A stretch of DNA of 63,203 bases, the filler included, from Octopus bimaculoides (lineage: Eukaryota): assembly GCF_001194135.2 (NCBI RefSeq). It is 6 parts of 6 records of this genome, joined end to end, with 100 filler letters (N's around TTAATTAATTAA, not from the genome) between each part and the next. Parts side by side here need not be neighbours in the genome. Positions count along the whole stretch, not along the records: positions 46,937 to 59,785 come from NC_068981.1; positions 59,886 to 61,999 come from NW_026426523.1; positions 62,100 to 63,203 come from NC_068991.1; 3 more parts are not named here. One strand, given 5' to 3'. The notes under the pieces were generated by a model, which was not told where the DNA came from, did not search any database, and saw only the letters and a list, made by a program, of their open reading frames with translations. The first letter of the stretch is position 1; each line of letters starts with the position of its first letter. Position numbers and translations under genes: made by a program. Shown in pieces: positions 53,909 through 63,203 of the stretch.

Positions 53909-54171
53909 CAGCTGTCTTCAATTTTTGGCATCAGGGATCACTTTTCTTGCCAGACAATATTTCCACAACGAATCACGCGCATAACAAAATACAATAAAGT
54001 GCATACTATATAATTTAATTATTGTATACATATATTACGGAAAACATCCCGCAGACTGCGACAGTCAATGAAATAGGAATAAAATTTAAAAGCTTATTCT
54101 TTCTGTGCCGCCCGCTACGAAATGATCCACTATCCAGTAATGGATCGTGGCCCGGAACTTGGAGACCTCTG
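53909..54171 (+). mobile_element. hAT-Charlie-type (MER1-like) non-autonomous element
   Basis: Ends cagctgtcttcaa / ttggagacctctg, subterminal tttttggcatcagggatc and gatcgtggcccgg; decayed 8-bp TSD agttgaag / tgttaaag. Confidence 0.65.
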
Positions 54172-54527
54172 TGTTAAAGGACCAGCGGCAATGGTGTTCA
54201 TAGCATAAACAATCAATGTACAGGCGTACATTACAATTTTGGTTATTTTCCTCATTCCATCGATAGAATATAGATCTAGTGACGACGAAGTAATTTTTCA
54301 GGATGATAACGCTCCTCGCAAGAATAAAGAGTTAAAACTTATTTTCAGAGAAGTCATATTAACTCAATGACATGGGACCATCGAGCAGTTCAGATTTCGA
54401 TCCCATTGTAAGTGTTGCATGTTTATTTGTGTTTTTGTGTGTTTGTCTGTATGTGTGTATGCGTTTGTGTGTGTATGTGTGTGTGTGTATGTGTGTTGTG
54501 GTGAATGTATTTACATATGTATGTAGA

Positions 54528-54710
54528 TGTAAAAGTAGACATGGCCGACCAAAGGAAACGTGGCGGAGAACAATAACAAACGATCTTAAAAGCAGAGGCT
54601 TAACTATGGAACAAGGGGTCAAGGACACTTTCAGTGTTAGAAGGTGGAATGATCTTGCTGTCGCCTCAAGTGCCACAAGGCACAATGAGAATCGAATGAA
54701 TGAATGAATG
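54528..54710 (+). mobile_element. RTE-clade LINE 3' end
   Basis: GRPKETWRRTITNDLKSRGL...RRWNDLAVASSATRH followed by a (GAAT)n tail. Confidence 0.8.
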
Positions 54711-54757
54711 TAGAGACCATTCTGAGTGTATTTCTGAGTGTATTTCTGATTTACGTG

Positions 54758-55047
54758 AAGGGGCGTGGCCTAGTCGTTAGAGTGTTGCACTCACGTTAGC
54801 AAGATCGTGGTTTGGAAACTCAGATAGGCGATGCGTTGTGATCTGGAGCCAAACATATCGTTTTCACGTTGACCCAGTCCACTTAGGTGTAAATGTATAA
54901 CCCTGCGACAAACTGGCTTTCGGTCTTGGGAGAATGTTAGCCTGCCTGCCTGGCCAGTGGAGTGGTGTCGTTCGAAAGCTGTAACAATGCCAAGAAGTAC
55001 ACTGTTATCAGAAGTGTGTAACAACATCCGATAGTCTGGTTGATATA
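54758..55047 (+). mobile_element. SINE group C
   Basis: ggggcgtggcctagtcgttagagtgttgcactcac head; 3' gtgtgtaacaacatccgatagtctggt. Confidence 0.8.
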
Positions 55048-55231
55048 AAAATATTATGAAATAGAATTTATATGTGCGTGTGCGCGCGTGCATGTACATC
55101 AATAAATATGATAAGTGTATGTATGACTTATCATATATATGTGTGCTTATATATATGTATATGTAAAATGTATTTACAGACGTACATTTTACATATACAT
55201 ATACACTTGTAAATGTAAAATGTGTCATTTT

Positions 55232-55281
<50 letters not shown>

Positions 55282-55302
55282 CACACACATATATATTATA
55301 AG

Positions 55303-55369
<67 letters not shown>

Positions 55370-55529
55370 GTGTATGTGTGTGTATGTGTGTGTATGCGTG
55401 TATGTGTGTATGTGTGCCTATTTATATGAGTTTGAGAGTGTTTGTAAATAAATGTCAACACCCTCCATTGCATATACACAAGATTGGAAGTACTAATTTG
55501 TGAGCACCTATCTGAGTAGATGCATGTAT

Positions 55530-55569
<40 letters not shown>

Positions 55570-56273
55570 ATGTGTCAAAGACCACTGCACTAAATTATAA
55601 ACGTACTCACAACTTAATATTTTATGTATTGTCCTCTTTGTTAAATACACCTAAAAAATATAGTACTAAATTCCTCAAGTATCACTAATACTTTTGTATG
55701 TGTAAACCTTGGCCTTACTAACAAGGACACAGGAATACAAACACACACACACACACATACATGCATACATACATATGTATATATATATTTACATATATAT
55801 ATATAAATACATATATCTACAGGTGAGTATATATGTATATGCATACGTATTATTAAATGACATGTAAATATGGTTTTACTAGGTTGGAGAATGTGTACAC
55901 GGCAAAATGCATGGAAAGATATGAAAATGTCAGCACATCAAGTCTCAGCCCTCTCCCCTAAAATGCTATATACATAATCTTAATCAATAATGTAACAGTT
56001 ATTTAGCCACAAGCTATAATGTTATAGCAATTGATAAAATACAAAATTTTGTTGACGTTACAATCAAGCTAGAATGTTTTTCACTGTACTTAAGAAACCC
56101 GAGCTTCAAATCTAGAGCTGGTCTTGCTTGCATACCTAAAATTTCGGATGTAAATTTTTTTTAAGAAGAAGGAAAAATATTCCTACCTTTTGGCAGGAAT
56201 CTTTTTGAGAGTGAAAATTCTCGTTAAGTTCGACTTTGTCTTTTCTTATTAGAGTAAGCTCCGGTTTAAGTTT

Positions 56274-56430
56274 AGGGCTGTCTTAACAGTTATGTAGGAA
56301 CCCGAGAAAAGTAACTCAATGGGGCCTCTACATAGAAAACCACAGCATACGTAAATTAGTGTTGATCTCTCTAGACCTGTAGATACTGGAGCCAACTGTC
56401 CAGTGTACCCATGCCTTAAAACGGCACCGG
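56274..56430. mobile_element. Possible PIF/Harbinger-like MITE
   Basis: Degenerate TIRs agggctgtcttaa / ttaaaacggcacc. Confidence 0.35.
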
Positions 56431-56613
56431 GTAGTGCTTAGACAAACAAACAAACAAAAAACAACAAAAATAAAAAAACCCTAAACCTTCGAAACAACTC
56501 AGTATCCCCTTCCTCAAACTGTCTTTTAGGTTCTGAAACACAATTTTAGCCCTGAGTCTTCAACGAATGACCAATATAAAGGATCAGATATACACCTTCT
56601 CACAAACACGCGC

Positions 56614-56860
56614 GTACTTACTTAAGCCTTCGCTTCCTATAGCGCAAAGGCCATCGACGACTTTACTCCTCTGTTCTCGATTTTTGGGTGTCTTTTCTGC
56701 TCACCTCTTTTTTACCGCTCTGTCTCAGTATCCCACCTCCAGTTATATTCAGGGCATCCTCTCTCCCGCCTCCCTTGTGGTTTTCAGGCCACGGCCTGAT
56801 GTGTAACGCAGGATGTTAGTTTTCTTAAGGTATGGTCTATCCATCCTCACTTACACTTCT
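56614..56860 (-). mobile_element. RTE-clade LINE 3' end
   Basis: Minus strand GRRERGCPEYNWR...VDGLCAIGSEGLSK with a (TAAG)n-type tail. Confidence 0.65.
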
Positions 56861-56903
56861 GGATCTGTTCTTCCACTGACATCTACCCCTCCTCTTCTAC
56901 AGA

Positions 56904-56949
<46 letters not shown>

Positions 56950-58915
56950 CATACTTCATGGGCTATTTTATTTATACAGAGTGGACCAAAAGTCACGCAC
57001 AAAATATGTTCAAAACGATCCGGAATTTAAAGACATGCATCAATTTTTCTAAAACTGTTTAAAATAATGATGAATACACACATCCATGATGAAAAAAATG
57101 AATAATAATAATAATGAAATATAAATAAAATGTTCAAAGTTTTAGTGATTGACTTTTAGCCCATTCTGTATATTTTTTTGTGAATGGGGTAAAAATATAA
57201 AGTCTGATTGGATCATCTCTCCTTTCGCCCGCATTTTGTGTGTCTTAATGATGAGGATGATAGCATCAATTTGCTAATTAACTAACAGTGTTTTACTATT
57301 AATAAAAGAAACACGAGCAAGATATTTTGAGAATGACTTCATACAGACATATATTGTAAGAAGCAATGCACCGGCCACGTCAGCGTTGTCACCAAAAGAC
57401 GACTTCATCCACCTGGCTTGTTCCTGTTGTTTACATTAACGCAGACTAAACAAGTAAGTATGACACTGCCGATAGTTGGGTGTCTCCCAATCATGTTATC
57501 ATGTGCTGCAATAATAACACCAACAACAACAATAACAAAAACGGCTTCAACGAGTCAAACAAGGGAGCCGCTAAATGATCGCTAGGACTGCCTGCTAGAA
57601 ATAGTAGTCAAATGTCATCACTGCGTATCATCTTAAAAAAATACGATAATAAATTTAAAAAAAGGTAATAATAAAAAAAGGTAATAATGGATAGCATGGC
57701 TAACGTAGTCCCGGGTACATTATGCCTGATAAAAAGAAAGAAAAAGATGGGTTGTTTATAGCTGGATTATTTTTGATCATGAGTCTGTACGGATCTTTTC
57801 TGTTTAGCTACACGTCTGGAAATTTTAAAGTTTAGAGAAAAATTTTAAAATTTGTTATATTGATGTAATTTTCTACGCTGAATCTCTGGAGGTAATTTTC
57901 CATTTCCATTTCCCATTAATCTAGAATACAAAGGACATTGTCCCTATTCTATTCTTATCTACCCGAAATGAGTAATAGGGAGGAAAACTAGGTTAAATTA
58001 GAGAGTTTAATGATCAATCTGATCTGATGAGTTGCGCAAAAAGCTTCTACTGGAAAGATGTCTCAGACGGAATGAGTTCTAAAAAATAAACATTTTGATA
58101 AAAAATACTCCCTATTCTGGAGAGTGCAGTGGCCGAGTGACCTGAGCACCGGTCAACCGGCTAAAGGACAAGTGGTTCGCACTCTGTTCTTGTATATGCG
58201 ATGTTTTTGTCGCCAAGAACCTTGACTTACAAATGACACTGTCCACCTTATAAATACTTATATAAATTAAAAAGGCAAAAACAACTCACCGCTTCAGGAG
58301 CGAAATGGTTTGTTAGCTTGTACTACTGGGTTCAATCTCTCATGTTGTGGGAAGAATGGAAGTGCTCTGCTAGAATGATTTTCCCCCGCAGAGTAGATAA
58401 TGATGCCTCTAAACTCACTAAGGTTAGCCCTTTTGGCATCAACCTACCATAGACCGCCCTTGCTTCTATGATACAACGTTCTGTTTTAAAGTGATCTAAA
58501 TTTAAGCCTTCAATCAAAATTTCAAGTTATTTTATTTTTCAATGCAGACTTAATGATGACAAATTTAGTCTATCAAATTATTTAATATTTTCGAAGTAAA
58601 TTGAAACAAAGGTAGTATATTCCTACAGAAATAATTTAACACAAGGAATGGTCATTTAAAGAATATTCAGGAATTCGAAAGTCAGTTTAGACAATGGAAG
58701 AGGATAGGCGAATGCATTAAATGAATTTACAAGAGTATGGGAGTAAAATCGACGAGTCTAGGGTGGGTAAGAGGTAGATGTATTGTACACCATTGGTGTA
58801 GAAATGGAAATGGTAAAGAGACGATAAAGTGGAACAAGTAAATAATGGTTGAAGAGACTGGGGGAGGAATAAATAATCAATAATATATTATCTTAGTGTG
58901 GTTCTGACAATATAC

Positions 58916-58953
58916 CTTGAGTCTGGCGCCTCAGACCGTTCGGTCATCCTGAC
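58916..58953 (-). pseudogene. tRNA-Leu(CAA) 5' exon fragment
   Basis: Minus strand GTCAGGATGACCGAACGGTCTGAGGCGCCAGACTCAAG closely follows the metazoan tRNA-Leu(CAA) 5' exon; no 3' half. Confidence 0.75.
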
Positions 58954-59019
58954 AGCTGACAACTGGCGCATTTAAGTTTGCGTTATAAACTATGTAAAGG
59001 GAAATAAACGAATATTTAT

Positions 59020-59442
59020 TTCAAATTTTAGCACAAGGCCAGCAGTTTTGAGGGAGAGAGATAGTCGATTGCATTGGCCTCAGTACTCAACTGGTATTTA
59101 TTTCATCGACGCTGAAAGGGATGTAAGGCAAAGTCGACATCGACGGAATTTTAGCTCAGAACGTAAAGGGGGGATTGAAATGCTGCTAGCGAGTCTGCCA
59201 GCTCGCCACCTTGGGAAATAAACAAATATTGATTTCAGATTTTGGTACAAGGCCAGCAATCACGGGGAAGCGGGTAAGTCGGTTACATCGATCCCAGTAC
59301 TCAACTAGTACTTATTTTATCGACTTTGAAAGTGTGAAAGGCAAAGTCGACCTCGGCGAAATTTGAACTTAGAACGAGAAGGACCGAAAACCGTTAGGAA
59401 TTTCAACCGGCGTGCTAACGATTCTGTCAGCTGGCCCCTTGG
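59020..59442 (-). mobile_element. Two tandem SINE group A copies
   Basis: ggcaaagtcgac motif at about 59127 and about 59340. Confidence 0.85.
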
Positions 59443-59473
59443 GAAATAAACAACCATTATAAAAAAAAATTAC

Positions 59474-59586
59474 TTTTATGAGTGGGTTTCGAACCTTCGC
59501 CTATATTTGCGGATCAGAATACTGTTTGTTTCGGATAAAGTATTCTACCTTGAACTTGGCGTCTTAGACCGTACGGTCACCCTGAT
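59474..59586 (-). pseudogene. Intron-containing tRNA-Leu(CAA) pseudogene
   Basis: Minus strand ATCAGGGTGACCGTACGGTCTAAGACGCCAAGTTCAAG, 29-nt intron, TTCTGATCCGC...GGTTCGAAACCCACT, then a T run. The acceptor stem cannot pair. Confidence 0.75.
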
Positions 59587-59721
59587 AGCTGACAGCTTAT
59601 AAACGAATTTGAACTGGAACGTAGTTAATTATACCATTGTTCTTCTGTACATTTAAACAATAGACATAAATGACGTCCTGTATCCATATACGCGTACCTA
59701 TATACATATATATGTATATAT

Positions 59722-59785
<64 letters not shown>

Positions 59786-59940
59786 NNNNNNNNNNNNNNN
59801 NNNNNNNNNNNNNNNNNNNNNNNNNNNNNTTAATTAATTAANNNNNNNNNNNNNNNNNNNNNNNNNNNNNNNNNNNNNNNNNNNNGGTCAAACTCTGTTT
59901 AAGGAGTAGACAACCACCACCATATATATATATATGTATA

Positions 59941-60705
59941 TGAGGTGGTGAAGCACGACCTCCGAACATTAGGCTTCACCGAGGCAGTGACTTCTGACCG
60001 AGACCTTTGGTAATATGCTGTGCGTGAGAACACCCGGCAAGCCAAGTAAGACAAAAATCCAAGGCCTCTGCCAGGGATGTAGCCAGCCCATTTATGCGTA
60101 ACATTCCTTCTTTGGACACTAAACTCCGCTTGGCTGTTGAGGCAAGTGAAATCGAAATCGAACTAAATTTGTAGACTGGCACCCATGCCAACGTCTTCAT
60201 TGAACACTAAACTCAGCTTGCGAAGACCTGTTGGGGCAAATGAAAGCGAAATTGTGATGGCACCTGTACCAGTAAATCACTAAGAGCACCATCTGCCTGG
60301 CTTCCGTGCCAGTGGCACGTAGATCGCACCATTTGAGCGTGACCGTTACCAACGTCACCTTCTTGGCACTTGTACCAGTGGCACGTGAAAAGACATTCGA
60401 GCGAGTTCGTTGCCAGTACCGCTGCACTGGCTCTTATGCAGGTGACACGAAGAATACAGCATTTCGAACATGGCCGTTGCCGTTGCCTACTGACTGGCCT
60501 TCGTGCCGGTGGCACATAAAAGCACCCACTACACTCTCGGAGTGGTTGGCGTTAGGAAGGACATCCAGCTGTAGAAATTCTGCCAAATCAGATTGGAGCC
60601 TGGTGTAGCCATCTGGTTCACCAGTCCTCAGTCAAATCGTCCAGCCCATGCTAGCATGGAAAGTGGACGTTAAACGATGATGATGATGATGATGATGATG
60701 ATGAT
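59941..60705 (+). mobile_element. RTE LINE 3' end with long 3' UTR and (GAT)n tail
   Basis: EVVKHDLRTLGFTEAVTSDRDLW*YAVRENTRQAK*, then a UTR ending ccatgctagcatggaaagtggacgttaaac(gat)n. Confidence 0.85.
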
Positions 60706-60955
60706 ATATGTGTATATGTATATATATATGTGNNNNNNNNNNNNNNNNNNNNNNNNNNNNNNNNNNNNNNNNNNNNNNNNNNNNNNNNNNNNNNNNNNNN
60801 NNNNNNNNNNNNNNNNNNNNNNNNNNNNNNNNNNNNNNNNNNNNNNNNNNNNNNNNNNNNNNNNNNNNNNNNNNNNNNNNNNNNNNNNNNNNNNNNNNNN
60901 NNNNNNNNNNNNNNNNNNNNNNNNNNNNNNNNNNNNNNNNNNNNNNNNNNNNNNN

Positions 60956-61017
<62 letters not shown>

Positions 61018-61067
61018 TATATATATATGTATGTGTATATACATCTATGTATATATGTATATATATG

Positions 61068-61999
61068 TTACATCCTCGCCAGAAACAGGGAAAGAGGGCG
61101 GCTTATAAATGCCAAAACTTTCCCTGGCGAAGAATGTACACCCCAACACAGATTAGTTGTTAGCGACTTCGGGATCAAGGCAAAATGGGTGCCCAGAAGT
61201 AGACCGGCTTGGAGAAGAAGGGTGTAGAAGCTTAAAGACCCTGCAAATGGACAGAGACTTAGAGACATGTTACTCGAAGCATTTGATGAAATAGAAGTGG
61301 ATATAGCATCATACAACGTGGAAGACAATTGGAGATTTCTGCGGGACAACCTGCTGAGAGCCACCGACCAGACCTGTGGCTGGAGTAAAGTCCCCTCTCG
61401 ACCCAGGGTGACGTGGTGGTGGAAGAAGGAGGTAAACAGGGCTATTAGACAAAAGAAACAGGCTTGAAAGGACTGGAAGAACGGTGGTAGCAGGGAATTG
61501 TACCAATTTGCCAGAAGGGAAGCTAGGCGACAGGTTTATTTAGCCAAAGGGGAAGCAGATAACAAAAGATTTGCCAATGTTCTGCGCCGTGAGGACCAAA
61601 GACTTGAGGTATTTCGTGTTGCAAGACAGTGTAGGAGAGAGAATATTGATGTCATAGGAGAGAAATGTGTTCTCATGGATGATGGTACGCTTGCACTAAA
61701 TGAGGCTGCAAAGAAAGTGGTCTGGAGATGCCACTATTAAAGATTGCTCAATAAAGAGAATGAATGGGAGAAAGAGAGTCTGCCGTATGTCAACCCAACA
61801 GAGGGACCAGCTATCCGAGTTGACAGTACCATGGTAGATAAAGCAATTAAGAGTATGAAGACAGGGAAAGCCCCCAGCCCATCAGGAATCACTGCAGAGA
61901 TGCTCAAAATATCTGGCAGTGTCGGCTATAGCCTAGCCACCCGTGTTATGAACCAGGTGATACACGAAGGAGTCATACCCAGTGACTGGTGTAGCAGCA
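61068..61999 (+). pseudogene. RTE LINE ORF fragment (end of APE, linker, start of RT)
   Basis: One frame: FPGEECTPQHRLVVSDF, TWWWKKEV, MKTGKAPSPSGITAEMLK, IPSDW. Three premature stops (61225, 61465, 61738), no frameshift; runs into a gap. Confidence 0.92.
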
Positions 62000-62344
62000 N
62001 NNNNNNNNNNNNNNNNNNNNNNNNNNNNNNNNNNNNNNNNNNNTTAATTAATTAANNNNNNNNNNNNNNNNNNNNNNNNNNNNNNNNNNNNNNNNNNNNA
62101 TATATATATATATATATATAATACAAATAATAAGACAAAGAAATATTTTAACACGTGTATAATATCTTATTTGTCTTAGTATTTGGATTATATTTTACTC
62201 TTCGGTAACCTACAAAACAGTTTTACCGTCGTGAAACCAGGATTTTCTGCACTTGAAGAATTTCGTTATTAATGTGGAATCCGACAGTATTGATAGTACA
62301 AAAGAAGGGTTGAATTCTGCATTGGAAATATCCTAAGGTATATA

Positions 62345-63198
62345 AGAGGCGATATCAAGAAGTTCCTGGATTAGTTCTGTAGCGCGCCAACAGATGGCAG
62401 CACAGTTGCGTGCCCAGTGAGAGCTAGCAGTGATCTTCATGAGACAGTGTGCCGAGTGACATGGCTGTGTTTACTCTGCAAGTTGTGAAATTTGTGTTTT
62501 TGTGATGGCGTGTATGCTGTAGTAGTGCGATTTTGCGTAAACCTGGGAAGTTTGCTACAGAGACATTGAGCATGCTTCGTTTGGCAAGCTAACGGCGACG
62601 AGGCAATGGGTCATACGCAATGTTTCGTGTGGCACGGGCGCTTCAAATGCGGAAGAACGTCCCTGGAAGACGATAAGCGATTTAGAAGACCTGCCACGAG
62701 CATCACTGGAAATGTAGAGAATATTCATCAGCTTGTGCATGAGGATAGGCGAAGGACAATGAACGACATTGCTCATGTTGCTAGTGTGTCGAATGGATCA
62801 GTGCAGGCAATCCTGACTTCTGGATTCTCCACAACGACAAAGCACCCTGTCACCGATCTCTCCTCACTCGTGAGTTACTCACCAAAAACAACATGGTGTC
62901 TCTTCCGTACCCGCCCTATTTGCCAGATTTAGCATCTACAGATTTCATCTCTTCCCAAAATGAAAATGCAGCTCAAAGGTCACCATTTTAACACCGTTGT
63001 CGATATCAAGAGTGAATCACGGAAGGTCTTCAAGTCGCTCATGGAAAACGACTTCCAGGTCGGATTCCAAAGGTGACAGGAACGCTGGGACCGGTGCATT
63101 GCTGAACAGAGTGACTATCTCAAAGGAGATGGTGTTAAAACTTTGGTAAATAAGTTGTTTTTTAGTAAACATAACTAGTCCGGGAACTTTTTGATACC
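62345..63198 (+). mobile_element. Internally deleted mariner transposon with both TIRs
   Basis: TIRs gatatcaagaagttcctggattag / ctagtccgggaactttttgatacc. N-terminal WHGRFKCGRTSLEDD is joined to C-terminal PYPPYLPDLAS..FPKMKMQLKG...RWDRCI. Confidence 0.88.
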
Positions 63199-63203
63199 AT
63201 ATA

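Noticed and set aside
61225-61740. RTE stops TAG and TGA at Trp positions, potentially reversible by A-to-I editing
   Set aside because: G-to-A changes in TGG are common decay, and the third stop (TAA, at a probable Glu codon) would not be restored to the right residue.

Overview
Eukaryotic, AT-rich, microsatellite-dense DNA with many assembly gaps. The repeat content (three abundant tRNA-derived SINE groups, RTE and R4/Dong LINE ends, Penelope-like elements, mariners) points to a coleoid cephalopod, most likely Octopus; this is an inference from repeat families, not a database result. No host protein-coding gene could be identified with confidence, and most entries in the supplied ORF track are translations of microsatellites or N gaps. 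The window is mainly transposon debris: five mariner relics, several Penelope-like (GIY-YIG) fragments including one uninterrupted endonuclease frame, RTE and Dong/R4 3' ends, over 30 SINE copies (tandem and nested, some with target-site duplications), hAT- and Helentron-type non-autonomous elements, and decayed intron-containing tRNA-Leu(CAA) copies. The most notable signal is at least four minimal type I hammerhead ribozyme motifs of the Penelope/retrozyme kind (6643-6687, 7296-7392, 16314-16417, 47026-47073). All have palindromic helix III, all lie in short elements abutting (TA)n tracts, and two are built into inverted-repeat fold-backs. Structures were folded by eye and activity is untested.
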